Virus record (IMG/VR): IMGVR_UViG_3300037113_000050
Coordinates: 1-52,744 of that record
Source of the DNA: a virus
Taxonomy: Duplodnaviria; Caudoviricetes
Strand: one strand, 5' to 3'
DNA: 52,744 bases
Below are positions 26,601 through 37,305 of the stretch, piece by piece. The notes under the pieces are model-generated. The model ran no database searches, was not told the origin of the DNA, and saw only the letters and a list, made by a program, of their open reading frames with translations. The translations under genes were made by a program, and so were the position numbers. The stretch's first letter is position 1, and each line of letters starts with the position of its first letter.

Positions 26601-29066
26601 AGCCAACCGCGCCTCAAGTTCGACGACTTTCTTGGTGATTCCTTCCGGGTCTTTTACGTCAATGTTGAACTGCTTGGCGATGGCCGGTTTCTTCGCCGCG
26701 CCCTTGATGGCTTGAACCTGTTCGCGGATGGTCTTACGCTCATCGGAGGCCAGTTTCGACTGCGCCTCCATTTCTTGAATGGCTGAATCATCGAAGCCAA
26801 AAAGGTCATTCTGGTTTCCTTCCGCCTTGCGATTGTCCACGCGCTGCTTTGCAAGTGTGACCAAATCAGCGGCAGTCTCGGCGGGTTTGCCGTCCAATGC
26901 TGCTCGGATGCCAACGGCCTGCAATCCCGGTTCTCCCGGTGCGGTGCGGGCTATGGCGTCGGCTTGGGCGTCAGTGATTTTTCCAGACTGGTGTAGCGCA
27001 AAAAGGTCTTCGCCTGCATCTCTTGCGATTGCGAATCCGGCTTTGCCCTTTGCTCGCGCCAGAAGTCCGCGCTCTTTGGCATCCGCTTCGGTAATGCCTG
27101 AGTCTTTGAAGTAGTTTGCATAGTCTGTTACCTCTCCTTGTTCATCGCGTATGTTTAGCTCCGCGTCAAGCCGTGCGGCAGCTCGCGCGTCGAAGCCATC
27201 AGCCTCGTTGTGAATCTGCGCCGGGATGGTTTTCTCGCCCGTGCGCTGCGCCAAGTCAAACCGATGGCGTCCAGAAATGATTTCCAGTCTGCCGTCCATT
27301 CGCCGCCATACTTGGATCGGGGCCAGCCCGCGCCGGTCAAACTTCCCGCCGATTGGCTTCACAACTCCCTTTTCGTTGGCGTTAGACTTGAACTGTGGGA
27401 CATCGGCTGAAAGCGAAAGGTTTTCCAGCGGAATCTCAACCGTTTCCTTATCGGAAACCATGGCTGTTGGCTTCCCAGTTTCACTTGTTGCAGATTTTTC
27501 CAAAGATTGCTCCGGTGCCGGTTTGACGCCGGACACCGGAGCTGTTTTTGCTGCCTCAACTGCGGGTTGAGAAATCTTTTTAATGTCTTCCAAATCAGCC
27601 TTGAACACTTCCGCAGCGTCGGGGGATGTCAGTTTGACTTCCGAAAGCATTTGTTCAGGCGTTGCGTCTTGACGCCGCATTTCTTCCAAGATGATTCTGG
27701 CTTTCTGGTATTCCAGGCTGTCTTTCCCGAATTGAACAGCCTTTCCAGCCATGTTCTTTAAATCGCGCATCAAATCAGCGGGGTGCGTGCCGTGGGTGTT
27801 GCGCCGATAACGCTCTAGCCGTGCTGCATCGTAACGATCCTGAATTGCTCCGATGGCTTGCCGCTGATCTGGCGTCAAATCTTCGGAGCCAGTTTCGTCC
27901 ATTTTCTTTTCAGCATCGTTGACCTTATTTTTGGCGTCACTAAATTCAGAATCAAATTCTTCATCCGTCATCATCCGCAATTCTGGATTCTGGCGCGACG
28001 GACGGTTTAATCCCAAAGGAATTTCAGGTTGAGAAGGGGTTGGTGTGGCGACAGCGATAGGAGCGGCATTTCCCACGTCCTGCGTGGCCGTAGGGCTTGC
28101 CGTGGTATCTCTGGGCGTCAACACGGCTTCCGGTGGCTTTGGAGCCTGTGCGGGCGTCGTGGGGGCTTCTGGCGGGGGTAAAACTGGCTCGGTTTTGCCG
28201 GCGGGGTCGAAATCGGCCACTGTGAATCCGATTTTGGGTCGGGGCGCGGCCTGTTGAACCTCCGCATTGAGTAATTCTCTGGAAATCACCTTCGCAATGG
28301 GTTTTGTTGACTTTGGGGACAGCGCCGTCTCTCCCCGCTCGCCAGATCCACCCAACACGCCCATCAGCAGCGCATTTGCGGCGGTGTCCTCAATGGCTTG
28401 GTCACGTTCCTCACCCGGTGCCATGCTGGCGATTTGTGCCACTGCCGGTGCAGACATGATGCCGGCCACGCCCGTCGCGCCACCAACCCGGTTAATCAAC
28501 GCCATCGCCGCCTGTGAGGTGATTCCTGACTTGGCTGCCACTTTCGCCGCCACATTTCCCAAAATCTTTCCGGCACCTGGCGCAATAATCGCCGCCACCG
28601 CCTGAACCGGGTCAAAACCTTCCTTGTTTAAGCCAAACGTCGCGGCACCGGCTGGCCCAGCAACCATCGTCGCCGCAAGTTGTGGAGCGGAACCAATCAG
28701 TCCGGGGGCAATCCCGGAAGCGGCACGCTCGACCATTGGCAGTGTTTTTCGTGCTTCATCGTAAGGAGAAGTGTTGTCTTCGCCAGATGCTTCAATGTCA
28801 CGTTGCGTTTCTGGTGAAAGTTGGTCAAGGCCCAACGATGCGAATTCCTGTTTGGCCAGTCCCGGCTCGCCAACTGCGGTCAGAGCTGCCGCTTTGGCCG
28901 CTCTGGAAAGCAAATCGCCGCTTTCAATAAACGGCCTGCCGACGGCTTTGGAAACCTTTTTGAATGTGGATTCTTGCGGCGTGTCAGAAAAATCAGACTC
29001 ATTGAAAGTTAGCGGTTCGGATGGCTCTGTCTCCTCAAAGTCGTCGGTTGTAAAATTGAGGGGCAT
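23646..29066 (-). CDS. Giant internal virion/ejection protein with a ParB-like domain
   Basis: 1806 aa; PIQVWRR...[13 protein letters not shown]...TIPA ParB/Srx motif; position after tail genes. Confidence 0.65.
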   Translation of the reverse strand: MPLNFTTDDFEETEPSEPLTFNESDFSDTPQESTFKKVSKAVGRPFIESGDLLSRAAKAAALTAVGEPGLAKQEFASLGLDQLSPETQRDIEASGEDNTSPYDEARKTLPMVERAASGIAPGLIGSAPQLAATMVAGPAGAATFGLNKEGFDPVQAVAAIIAPGAGKILGNVAAKVAAKSGITSQAAMALINRVGGATGVAGIMSAPAVAQIASMAPGEERDQAIEDTAANALLMGVLGGSGERGETALSPKSTKPIAKVISRELLNAEVQQAAPRPKIGFTVADFDPAGKTEPVLPPPEAPTTPAQAPKPPEAVLTPRDTTASPTATQDVGNAAPIAVATPTPSQPEIPLGLNRPSRQNPELRMMTDEEFDSEFSDAKNKVNDAEKKMDETGSEDLTPDQRQAIGAIQDRYDAARLERYRRNTHGTHPADLMRDLKNMAGKAVQFGKDSLEYQKARIILEEMRRQDATPEQMLSEVKLTSPDAAEVFKADLEDIKKISQPAVEAAKTAPVSGVKPAPEQSLEKSATSETGKPTAMVSDKETVEIPLENLSLSADVPQFKSNANEKGVVKPIGGKFDRRGLAPIQVWRRMDGRLEIISGRHRFDLAQRTGEKTIPAQIHNEADGFDARAAARLDAELNIRDEQGEVTDYANYFKDSGITEADAKERGLLARAKGKAGFAIARDAGEDLFALHQSGKITDAQADAIARTAPGEPGLQAVGIRAALDGKPAETAADLVTLAKQRVDNRKAEGNQNDLFGFDDSAIQEMEAQSKLASDERKTIREQVQAIKGAAKKPAIAKQFNIDVKDPEGITKKVVELEARLATLKDHPELAGKLDTGSVKPPEVAKPAEVPKLRPGEKGTGSLLQGDEPFNLSGEKASDGERVAAEKAKAEQTTAEAAKITAKQQPTFHSMGGLAPGDPLEPVGKGIQPNREITGLAERVRKQREAADMTEPTQPGAGIAPEASVERGRQLIQGGADPESVMRNFEKTNRFSSDDVAVVRAHQEALAKVTNATEEKFGTDTPEFKSAYKTESDWAARTKAMQTEWAKAGRTQQGEVDIETSTYSGIARAVREVTGKDLSPAEAAIAKNHAERVQKAEAELAQTKARLDAYIEKEATAPKPEVIEPHVRLVANKLKGFFDTRAKSALERIKARRAEGRMFNDPGAILSGGKLSTEDMIDYADYGASKIFEKGIESAEMTAEWAKEMTDEIGDYIKPHLDAIWKASLKIFQDGFKKVVGKDETTRKKVKRAVKLQPKAAPTPADTLEANRQLFAGFIEGKPMTPEQVKVLWRRAKTEYIDKENLGLTDTAYKLSSDLGIPVKDVLRGMAQNQTVRRVADDVWQKQRQARILKQAAKRWVNNTKEKWIAKILPTSVKVTFSTKVGLHGTVALGTHAPLTAATHPVIFAKNFGEMYHLVASPQYYEMKQVELARRPNYNVAQRAGLVNDMAKMEDFNDPKLAEGFPKMAEWFRTNLGKFKVLQGMGTRGYSVLKILRQDLFDNEWNKLAETDRTSEMAKAISDSVNHMTGVVKVGSHPAANVALFAPKLLLSRLSVMGGDPYRAINNLSKMSNMTPEEKWFTVNQFKEKAKIFAVAGGLLLANQQLNNLFGDKKKLNGVPVALGGAGIDPMASDFMKFRVAGMNFAWGSPFLTMMRLPLRIVQIGMSDGGKSKYLIYPDESMYKTIGSFLRTQESPFLSPITSLVMKADYQDRPLPKIPGYGTPPPMPKRLAAQGVKPYTWPEFISETMLPIPFEEGLKEVLHYTQNPNSQQEHQLIKAFTTITVMAATGGRLTEDWKGGATPKKNVMSE

Positions 29067-29068
29067 TT

Positions 29069-30013
29069 TTATTGCGCGCCAGACATTTTTTGAACGGCCA
29101 TTAGGACTTGCTGCTTCGTCCAGTCAGGATGATCGGCGGAAATCTTCTGAGCCATCGCCACTTTGTCTTTTGGAGACATCGCAGTGGCGGGCTGCGCTGC
29201 TGGCGCGGTCGGCCGGAATGAAACCGGCGGCTGCGCGCCGATGGCCGGCGAGTTGGTCGTTTTGTTAATCAGTTGTTGGGCAGCCTGTTTAATTTGGGGT
29301 GGCACGGTCAAACTGAATTTCTTCGCCTTGTCCATGGTTCCGAAAATAACCTTTTCCGGATCTTCCGCTGCCGCTTCCTTCGCATCAGCAATCTGCTTTT
29401 CCTTGGATGCTGCATCATTCTCACGCAATCCCATGTTGTAGATCGCTCGCCAGTTGGTTTTGTAACCGGGCTTGACTAGCAAGGTGGGGTGAGCTTCAAC
29501 CACAGACTGTTTGTTCTCTCTGTTGGCAATCGCGGAATAGGCGTCAGATTGCTCTTTCTGCATGGCTGGGTTGGCTAAGAATTGGCGAGCCAAACCCTCT
29601 TCCGAATCAGAAGAAGAATCCGGCAACTTCGACGCCGCCTGCCACTTCGCCAATGTCGGCTTGAGATAAATATTTTCCGAGTCATTCGCCTTGTAGCCGG
29701 ACTGCGCGCCCACCACGAACGCCTGTTGCGCCTGATCCATCTCCGCCGCCGCCTGACGCTTCATTGTTTCCGGCACATCCTTGAGAATGTCCCATTTGTC
29801 CTTCACGGGATTCAGATACAACTGCGCCGCGTCCGCTTCCGAGTAGCCAGAATTTACGGCGGCGCGATACCGTTGCTGCGCCGTATCCCAATCGGCATTG
29901 AACTGCTTGTCCGGGTCGGGCGTCGTGGTGCCGGTCGCTTGGATTGGCGTCGTGTCCTGAAACGAAAACGTCGAGGGATCGTCCGCGCCGTTCAAAATGA
30001 GGTTGTCGGACAT
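29069..30013 (-). CDS. Putative internal virion protein
   Basis: Ala/Gln-rich, internal repeat YLxP...KW. Confidence 0.55.
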   Translation of the reverse strand: MSDNLILNGADDPSTFSFQDTTPIQATGTTTPDPDKQFNADWDTAQQRYRAAVNSGYSEADAAQLYLNPVKDKWDILKDVPETMKRQAAAEMDQAQQAFVVGAQSGYKANDSENIYLKPTLAKWQAASKLPDSSSDSEEGLARQFLANPAMQKEQSDAYSAIANRENKQSVVEAHPTLLVKPGYKTNWRAIYNMGLRENDAASKEKQIADAKEAAAEDPEKVIFGTMDKAKKFSLTVPPQIKQAAQQLINKTTNSPAIGAQPPVSFRPTAPAAQPATAMSPKDKVAMAQKISADHPDWTKQQVLMAVQKMSGAQ

Positions 30014-30016
30014 AAA

Positions 30017-30640
30017 TCAATACGCATTCGGATTTTTGGAGGTGGTTTGTCCGGAAGCGTTGTTGTAAATCGAACCCCCGTTGTAAATGGTTCCGTCACC
30101 AAGTTTTGTTTGCCCAATTACAAGTCCACCATTTCCAACTTTTCCAGTGCTGCCACTGGTGCTTTTGTTCTGGCCAATGTTGTTCAAAACATTCTGCATG
30201 GCATACCACGTCGCGCTGCCCGGAGTCACCGTGTTATTCTGTGAGAACTGTTGCGCGGCCTGCTGCAATGCGGTTTGAGCCGTCTGGTTGGCAATATCCG
30301 CAACCTGTTGATTTGTCTGCAAGGTGTTTTGTTGAGATTGTCCGGTATTCTGATACACCTGTTGTGCAGCGACCTGACTGGCGGCGTCTTTCTGCGCCTG
30401 TGTCTGTAAGACATTTTGCTGCGTCTGGCCGGTGGTATTAAAAGCCTGTTGCGCCTGCGCTTGAGCGTTGGCGTCATTCTCAGCCTGAGTCTGCAAGGCA
30501 AGATTTGAATTATACTCCTGTCCGCTTTGAGCCAGTGAACGGTTTTGCAGGTCGAGATTGGAGGCATACTCCGATGAAAGCTGACCCTGCTTGGTTCCAA
30601 GGAGGTTTTGCAAATAGCTGAGGATACTGGAAAAGTCCAT
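30017..30640 (-). CDS. Gln-rich putative ejection/pilot protein
   Basis: Low-complexity Q/N/T repeats. Confidence 0.55.
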   Translation of the reverse strand: MDFSSILSYLQNLLGTKQGQLSSEYASNLDLQNRSLAQSGQEYNSNLALQTQAENDANAQAQAQQAFNTTGQTQQNVLQTQAQKDAASQVAAQQVYQNTGQSQQNTLQTNQQVADIANQTAQTALQQAAQQFSQNNTVTPGSATWYAMQNVLNNIGQNKSTSGSTGKVGNGGLVIGQTKLGDGTIYNGGSIYNNASGQTTSKNPNAY

Positions 30641-30644
30641 AATT

Positions 30645-31337
30645 TTAGGAAGTTGTGATGTTGCCCGTGGTGTTACCGACAATGTTATTTCCAAGACCCA
30701 TCGCGTTCAACATTTCTTGGAACTGGTTCAACTGGTTGGTGGAATTAAACTGGTTTTGATTTTGGTTCAGGTTATTGTTAAACTGTGTGTTCTGTTGGTC
30801 TTGCGATTGGGTGAACTGGTTTTGATTTTGGTTCAAGTTTTGGTTGAACTGTGTGTTCTGCTGACCTTGAGACTGATTGAACTGGTTGTTGGCCTGATTC
30901 AGTGAATTCTGATATTCCGTAAGCTGCTGGCTCTGCGCTTGCGTATTTTCAGCGTTTTGCTGCGCCAATGAATTTGCCGCCTGTGTATTCTGATTTTGAA
31001 CGCTTTGATTATTCGTTGCAGCCGTTGTATAAGTTCCAAGCAGCGAGTTTAAATCACTCAATCCAGTCTGCTGGTTCGCATTCGCCTGCGTGTTGTAAAG
31101 GTCGCTACCACGAGCATCAATGAAGGAATTTACATCGTTTCCAGCCGTTTGGCCATTGGCGGCACCATAGTAGGCGTTCGTTGTCCGGGCTTGTGACGCC
31201 GAAGGCAACCCGTTAAGCAAGTTTCCAATGACCCCAGTGGCGCTGGTGGTGAGATTGCCCACGCCGGGCAGGACGGATTCAAGCCAATTTTGTGAGTCCG
31301 ATGTTACTGGTTGTCCAGTTGCAGTTGTCGTTGCCAT
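30645..31337 (-). CDS. Gln/Asn-rich putative ejection/pilot protein
   Basis: NQNQNQF-type 11-residue periodic repeats. Confidence 0.55.
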   Translation of the reverse strand: MATTTATGQPVTSDSQNWLESVLPGVGNLTTSATGVIGNLLNGLPSASQARTTNAYYGAANGQTAGNDVNSFIDARGSDLYNTQANANQQTGLSDLNSLLGTYTTAATNNQSVQNQNTQAANSLAQQNAENTQAQSQQLTEYQNSLNQANNQFNQSQGQQNTQFNQNLNQNQNQFTQSQDQQNTQFNNNLNQNQNQFNSTNQLNQFQEMLNAMGLGNNIVGNTTGNITTS

Positions 31338-31342
31338 AAAAT

Positions 31343-32329
31343 TTAATACGGATTTCTAATTCTACTACCTAAAACACTGTTCACCCGAATCGGCATTTGA
31401 TCGTCGCCATTCTTGTCACGCAAATCAAAATTCAACTCCCTGATCGCCTTGCTAATTTTAAGCTCCGCCGTCTGCTCATCGTTCGCTTCTTCCGCCTTGA
31501 TCGCCTGTATCATAAACTTTATGGCGTCAAGGTTGTCAATCATTAAAAAGTCCCGGTCATTCACCACTGGAATGAATTCCAGTTTTATCAGGGCTTCCAT
31601 CGTTGTCCAACAAATCCCATTCGCGTCTGCTTGGTCTCGGTTATACGGCTTGTTGTGGATGATGCTGCGGCGGATGCGGGGATTGGTTTCGCCCGGTTCA
31701 AACGCGGCCAGGTCGCGCAGTGTATTCGCTGTCGGGTCAAACTCGTAAAGATAGGCCATGCCGATTGTCGCCTGACGGACTACCGAATCAATCCGCGTCA
31801 CCAGCGTTGTGCTTGCGCCGTAAGGATTAGCCGCCGTCAGAGAAAGCCCAGCCGCGCCTGTGGAGTCCTGCAACGGTTGCGCGCCGTATTGTGATCCGTA
31901 AAGGGTGATCGTCTTACCAACGTCGGCAGGGTTGACGACGTAGTATCGAATCAGTTTTCCCGCCGTGCCACTCACTTCATTCGCGCATGGTCCCATGTTG
32001 GCATCCTCAATCACCGTGTCACAATGAAATCCGCTGTGACGCAGATGCGGCCCAACGAAGGAATAGTTGTTGTTGAAAAGCTGGCCCGGTCTGCCCTTGC
32101 CAAATCGGATTCCATTCACACTGCCAACCCAGCGCGGCCACGCGATGATGTTGCCAGACACGCAGAATGATACCACCCATTCCGTGTCATACCAGTTGCC
32201 GCGCCGCATCAGCCGCCGCTGCGCCTCGTTCACATACTGCGCAAGTTGAGCGGAGGAACCGCACACCCCGGAAATGGATTTGATCCCAAGGTCATTCCGG
32301 GCGTCTGAAAGTTGAAAGCGAAAAGGCAT
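31343..32329 (-). CDS. Putative tail adaptor (tubular protein A-like)
   Basis: YVNEAQRRL N-terminal helix pattern, size and context. Confidence 0.5.
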   Translation of the reverse strand: MPFRFQLSDARNDLGIKSISGVCGSSAQLAQYVNEAQRRLMRRGNWYDTEWVVSFCVSGNIIAWPRWVGSVNGIRFGKGRPGQLFNNNYSFVGPHLRHSGFHCDTVIEDANMGPCANEVSGTAGKLIRYYVVNPADVGKTITLYGSQYGAQPLQDSTGAAGLSLTAANPYGASTTLVTRIDSVVRQATIGMAYLYEFDPTANTLRDLAAFEPGETNPRIRRSIIHNKPYNRDQADANGICWTTMEALIKLEFIPVVNDRDFLMIDNLDAIKFMIQAIKAEEANDEQTAELKISKAIRELNFDLRDKNGDDQMPIRVNSVLGSRIRNPY

Positions 32330-32334
32330 AAAAT

Positions 32335-35300
32335 TTAGATGATTGCAAATACGATGGTAGCTTGTGTTTCTGAATTCCAGTTTTCTTCGCTAGCTACGGT
32401 AATTGTCTGAGTACTGTAAGCCGGGACAACAATGTCAACATAAGAACTTGTATTGTCTGACAATGCAGGATATACTATCAAACCGCTAGGCTGGGCGTTT
32501 AACAGATAAAATCCATTCACACTTACGGTTGTATAAGCACCACTATGATTTGGGTCTGGTGGAAGATCACCAAAATAACACAATGGGTTGCTGTATCCGG
32601 TATTGGGGTTTGAAATTGGCAGAACCCAGCTTGCCCGGATTGTGACCGGCGCATTGGTTGGATTGCAGAACTGGGCGACGGCACTGCTTTGATGATTACT
32701 TGGATAGTCTTGACCCTGCCAAACAAACAAGTGCGCATTGTCCGAACCTAAACTGATGTTATTTTTAGCTGGATTGTCTGATGGCGTGATTACCCATGCA
32801 AGGTCGGTTAAAAGTGTGGGCGCTCCGCCGCATCCAAAACAAATCAGATTCCCAGAACCGAGATTGGTATTGGCGAACTCTTGCAACGCGGACAACGCAG
32901 AGTTGTTGGCCGCAGATTGGCTTACCCCGGTAAAGACCGAAGCCGCACCCACCAGTTGCGAACCGTTGATGGTTATCCATGACGGCAGCGGGACAAGCGA
33001 GACAAGTCCTTTCCCGGTTACGCAGTTTGCATCGTAATACACCGTGTCATTGACATAGGTAAGCGCCTGTTGCTGCGTGGTGGGCTGCAAAGGCGGCAGC
33101 GCGGTGACATCGAACACCGGCAAATCGTCGTCCACCGTGCAGTTCAGATTTTGGGACGGAGCCAGTTCACACTCCACCGGAGCAAAGGCCGGTGACGGGA
33201 CGGTGATGGCGGACACCATCATGCTCATCCACTTGCACGATCCGGTTATTTCAATCCTGAACTGGAAAAAGCAGCCGTTCCTAAGTGGCCGGTTGTTTCC
33301 CAATTCGTAATCTTCCACTGATGGTTCACCAAGCCCGACGCGCATCCGGTATCCGGGTTGGATGTTCTGATTCAAGTCACTGCCTTGCAGTTGAACTTCT
33401 TTCCAAAGTGTCCAGCATGGGTAAAAGTCTGGCCGGTAAAAAACCTTGATGTCAACGACCCCCTGAATTTCCTGAACGTAGAACTCGCCGTCGCGCAGTT
33501 GCACCAATTCCGTTGCCGGCTTCACGTCTTTATTGAAAAGCACGGCGGTTTCAAAAACGGATGGAATTGGGTTTCCGTCATCGGAATAGGCATCCGTGCT
33601 TTCGGCCAGCAGTTCAAGAATTTCTATTTTCTGAGTGGTTGAATTCCAAGAAAAAATGAAAGCCCGGTCAGTTCCGTTCACCCGTCCATTCAGCAGTTTG
33701 AGTGTGTTCGGACCAACCCACGCCCCTTCCCATGCAGGATTTGCGTCCTGCGTGAAAGTGCTGGCAATGTCAAAATCAAGAGTCGCCAGTCCAGTGTGAA
33801 TCACACCCCCCGGAGAGGCGTAAGGCCGTGCGGTGAAGATGAATCGGTTATCGAAGAAGATTGCCGAGCCATACGAAAGCAGCGATTGGTCGTCGTCTTT
33901 AAGAATCCGCTTGATCTCGTTTGAAATAGGTTTGTTCCCCCAACCGGCAATCTCCCGCCGTGAAATGACGAGCGTGGAAATGCCATCATAGGTTCGGAAG
34001 AATGTGTCGGTGTTCACCGCAATCGTGGAGTCCTGGCCGAGTGGCCCTCGACCGCGAGATGTCTGGGTTGAAATCGGGTAGGACAACGCGTTCCAAGTTG
34101 TCCGGTCAGGCGGAGCGTTGTTGCTGAAAATTGATCTCTGGGTTGCAACCTGCAACGGGCCGACACCGAGCGACGTGTCCATGACAGCCGGGAAAAACAT
34201 CGCAGTGATGGTATCTCCGGCACCGGGCAGTTTGAATGAACCGCCGTTTTGAAGAAACGTGTTTTCAGTCATCCGCAAAACTGCATCCCGGAAATTATAG
34301 GCGGATGTGCCTGAACCGCCCCCAACAATGTCGCCAGCGGTGTAACTTAGTCCATCGTTGTTGCAAAGCCAGTTTCGACCATTGCCGTAAGCGCCCATTT
34401 TACCGGAAGGCAGTTCCGGCACGGACATGATGACGTATCCTGATGGAATATCCTCTCCAACCAGCCCACCAGTTCCACCCACGTCTGTAATGTTTGTCAC
34501 AACCAGTTGGTTGACTGGCGGAGGCGGACTGGCGGAAGTGATCGTGTAGCGCGCCGTGCCGATATAAACCGTCATGCCCTGCTGGCCGGTGAAAGGTGAA
34601 CTTAACAGCACGTTCACCAAACTGTTGACCGCAGGCACAACAAACGCAGTCTTTACAAATCCCACCGTGGATGTATTTATGGTTACAGAAAGTCCAATGT
34701 CTCCGTTTATTTCAAGAACAATATTGCTGCCGTTTGAAATCGAGTCGGGGGCCGTGGAGATTTGAAGGTATGACCATAAGTTGGTGTTGTTGGTTCCATT
34801 GGAATGAACCGGAGTCTGAACCACAGTCATGGGGCTATTCGTTGGATAGCCAGCCTGAACTTGTTCCGCAATCGCCATGTAATCCATTGCAAAATATGTG
34901 GAGTTTGGATAATAGTAACCCAAGGTGCTGGTATAAATAGGACGGCCATTGAGATCGAATCCAGTGAGCAGATTAAGGTATCCGGGGGCTACCTTGATGT
35001 TGCTGGGAACGGCGTAGGCGATTGTAGGAACTCCGCCGGGAATATTGTATTCAGTGACGCCAGTTATGTCATTTTTCAACTTCGCAGAAATATTCAGGCT
35101 GTCAATGATTGCAACCACCGTCCACTGTGATTGCTGGTTGATCGAATTTAAAACCCCATTCTGATAGTAGTTCTGAGTTGCCTTCACATTCAACACGTCG
35201 CCGACCTTGCCTTGAAACTGGGTTTTAAGCGGGATGGTGGTAATGGTTCCTGCGGATATTTTTCGAGAAATCGTAGTTGTGTAGTTCTCTTGAATAAAAA

Positions 35301-36372
35301 ATGAAACCCCATCGTAACAGGATGAAAAGTTCAAGGTTCCGCTGCCACCCCAATAGGTACCCCCCATCAACGTGTTTCCTAAACCTAAATTATCAGTACT
35401 GGTTCTGGTTGAATCTATCTGCGGTGTGAAATAGGTCTCCCCATAATCATGCAGGTTTCCCGCACAAAACTGGGGTGCAGGAACCTCAGTGATTGCCTGT
35501 GCGAAATATTGTGAGAAGGAACCTAGATTGTTGTTAAATCCCAAGCCGTAAAACCCAGCGTAAGTGTTTCGCGTCTGATTCCCACCGGCTAGTTCTGACT
35601 GCTGGTCTGGAGTCACCTGCGCTGAAAGACTATTTGTGAACGTCGCCTCAACCACCACGGCAGAGTCAACCGGAACGGTTGTTCCCGGCACGTCGCTGAT
35701 ATTGGTCAGCGCGGCGTTGTAGTTTCCACTCACCAACTGGTTTGAAGAACTGATGTTGTAATACTCTCCATTTATGATCGCGGATACATCCAGCGGCCCG
35801 GTATAACTGCCGGAAATGGCAAGAGTCGCTGAATCACCAATCGCAATCCCAGCGTGCAGCGCCGTCGTTGTGGCAATCGGCTGGGATAGACCAGTGGATC
35901 GTCGTGATTGGGTGCCATCAAAGAATATCGGCAGCGCCGTCGTACCATCCCGGATGATAAGCCACTTCTCGGACTGCCACATCCACACCTGATTCACGCT
36001 CGAATTATTGAAGTCACCCGGCACGCTGACTTCTACGCATAACCATGTGCTGTCCACTTGCTCAATGAACTGAAATAACCGACCACTGATCTGCGCCACA
36101 AGTGATTCAGTTCCGAAGTCCGGCAGATAATACGCACCTCCTTGAAATTTTCCACCCTCAACAAAGGCTTGCAGCACGGCATCACTTCCGTAGGTGATGG
36201 ATTTTTTTGTGATTGGTGGCCGATGCTTTGCAAAGCCACCGCGAAAGGAGCAGTTCCGGGCAAAGGCAACTTGATTTTTGGGAATCCGGTAAGGCGACCA
36301 GCCAGACTGCATCCCCCCGTCGAGAACGGAAATTAAATCCGTCAGCGCGCCGGGGGTGAAATTCTTTTCCAT
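32335..36372 (-). CDS. Putative tail tubular B/stabilisation protein with large insertions
   Basis: LDGGM...IPKNQVAFARNCSFRGG start, beta-propeller-like body, FFQFRIEITG end of core. Confidence 0.6.
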   Translation of the reverse strand: MEKNFTPGALTDLISVLDGGMQSGWSPYRIPKNQVAFARNCSFRGGFAKHRPPITKKSITYGSDAVLQAFVEGGKFQGGAYYLPDFGTESLVAQISGRLFQFIEQVDSTWLCVEVSVPGDFNNSSVNQVWMWQSEKWLIIRDGTTALPIFFDGTQSRRSTGLSQPIATTTALHAGIAIGDSATLAISGSYTGPLDVSAIINGEYYNISSSNQLVSGNYNAALTNISDVPGTTVPVDSAVVVEATFTNSLSAQVTPDQQSELAGGNQTRNTYAGFYGLGFNNNLGSFSQYFAQAITEVPAPQFCAGNLHDYGETYFTPQIDSTRTSTDNLGLGNTLMGGTYWGGSGTLNFSSCYDGVSFFIQENYTTTISRKISAGTITTIPLKTQFQGKVGDVLNVKATQNYYQNGVLNSINQQSQWTVVAIIDSLNISAKLKNDITGVTEYNIPGGVPTIAYAVPSNIKVAPGYLNLLTGFDLNGRPIYTSTLGYYYPNSTYFAMDYMAIAEQVQAGYPTNSPMTVVQTPVHSNGTNNTNLWSYLQISTAPDSISNGSNIVLEINGDIGLSVTINTSTVGFVKTAFVVPAVNSLVNVLLSSPFTGQQGMTVYIGTARYTITSASPPPPVNQLVVTNITDVGGTGGLVGEDIPSGYVIMSVPELPSGKMGAYGNGRNWLCNNDGLSYTAGDIVGGGSGTSAYNFRDAVLRMTENTFLQNGGSFKLPGAGDTITAMFFPAVMDTSLGVGPLQVATQRSIFSNNAPPDRTTWNALSYPISTQTSRGRGPLGQDSTIAVNTDTFFRTYDGISTLVISRREIAGWGNKPISNEIKRILKDDDQSLLSYGSAIFFDNRFIFTARPYASPGGVIHTGLATLDFDIASTFTQDANPAWEGAWVGPNTLKLLNGRVNGTDRAFIFSWNSTTQKIEILELLAESTDAYSDDGNPIPSVFETAVLFNKDVKPATELVQLRDGEFYVQEIQGVVDIKVFYRPDFYPCWTLWKEVQLQGSDLNQNIQPGYRMRVGLGEPSVEDYELGNNRPLRNGCFFQFRIEITGSCKWMSMMVSAITVPSPAFAPVECELAPSQNLNCTVDDDLPVFDVTALPPLQPTTQQQALTYVNDTVYYDANCVTGKGLVSLVPLPSWITINGSQLVGAASVFTGVSQSAANNSALSALQEFANTNLGSGNLICFGCGGAPTLLTDLAWVITPSDNPAKNNISLGSDNAHLFVWQGQDYPSNHQSSAVAQFCNPTNAPVTIRASWVLPISNPNTGYSNPLCYFGDLPPDPNHSGAYTTVSVNGFYLLNAQPSGLIVYPALSDNTSSYVDIVVPAYSTQTITVASEENWNSETQATIVFAII

Positions 36373-36373
36373 C

Positions 36374-37252
36374 TCATGTAAGGCTCAACGGGATGATGGC
36401 GAGACTGGCGGAATCGACCGTAATGCTTCCCGCAGCAGTCACCGCAGTGGTTAAAATTTGCAATGCAAGGATGTCGTTGAGCGCAAGACTTGAAACGAAA
36501 AACGGAAGCACGATGTCAATCGTGGGCACGGTTGCAGTCGTCAGAATACCAGACGCCCGATACGTCACCGCCAGAGTCCCAACCGTGTTGTTCGTTCGTT
36601 GAACCTGAACCGTGATGACTTTGGAATTGGCATAGGTTACTCCAGTGAAGTTCAAGGAACATCTTGCCATGACAAGATACAGCCCGGCAGCGGGAGCCGT
36701 CAGCGTCATTCCAGTGATGGTCGTCGCCACTGAAAGGTAAGCGCCAGTTCCCGCCAGCGACAAGCCGATGGCTTCCAGATTTACGACGGTTCCATTTTGA
36801 CCTAGACCAAGCGCTGCTAGCGCACCTGACTTTGTGGAAACTCCGGTACCACCTTGAGAAATCCCAATCGGAAACGTAAGCGGTGGTTGAGTTCCAGCCG
36901 GTGAAACCTGTGCCCCGGAAACGATGGTATTTCCGGTCTGATTGTTCCCCGTGTAGTTAAGGTAAGTCAGGATCGCCTGCGTGTTTCCAGTTTTGGACTT
37001 GACGGAGAAGTATCCAGCATAGGCAATGTAAACATTCTGGCCGACGATCATCCACTGGTTGTTGTCGAATGTGAGATTGACGGTGTCAGCAGCCTGCGCG
37101 GGAACGGTGAAGTTTGCCGTAGTGAGAATCGAAAATGAGTTTGCTCCGTTGGTTCCAGATGATCCCGCCGACCCCGCCGCGCCGGGCAGTCCCGGAATTG
37201 CAACAATTTCCGGCGACGGACAACCGCAGTTTCTTGAAAGGGTGTTTGCCAT
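36374..37252 (-). CDS. Putative tail fibre/structural protein
   Basis: Short Gly-X-Y stretch and ISQGGTG...ALAALGL motif. Confidence 0.55.
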   Translation of the reverse strand: MANTLSRNCGCPSPEIVAIPGLPGAAGSAGSSGTNGANSFSILTTANFTVPAQAADTVNLTFDNNQWMIVGQNVYIAYAGYFSVKSKTGNTQAILTYLNYTGNNQTGNTIVSGAQVSPAGTQPPLTFPIGISQGGTGVSTKSGALAALGLGQNGTVVNLEAIGLSLAGTGAYLSVATTITGMTLTAPAAGLYLVMARCSLNFTGVTYANSKVITVQVQRTNNTVGTLAVTYRASGILTTATVPTIDIVLPFFVSSLALNDILALQILTTAVTAAGSITVDSASLAIIPLSLT

Positions 37253-37305
37253 ACCCGTTATATTTCTACTGGATTTGGCTCAATGTCAACTCTATATTGC
37301 CCTTT

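Noticed and set aside
30645-31337. Q/N-rich repeats as a prion-like or noncoding repeat element
   Set aside because: Explained by the coiled-coil periodicity usual in ejection/pilot proteins
37135-37305. N-terminal extension of terL in the ORF track
   Set aside because: Overlaps the divergent gene; the ATG at 37306 fits better
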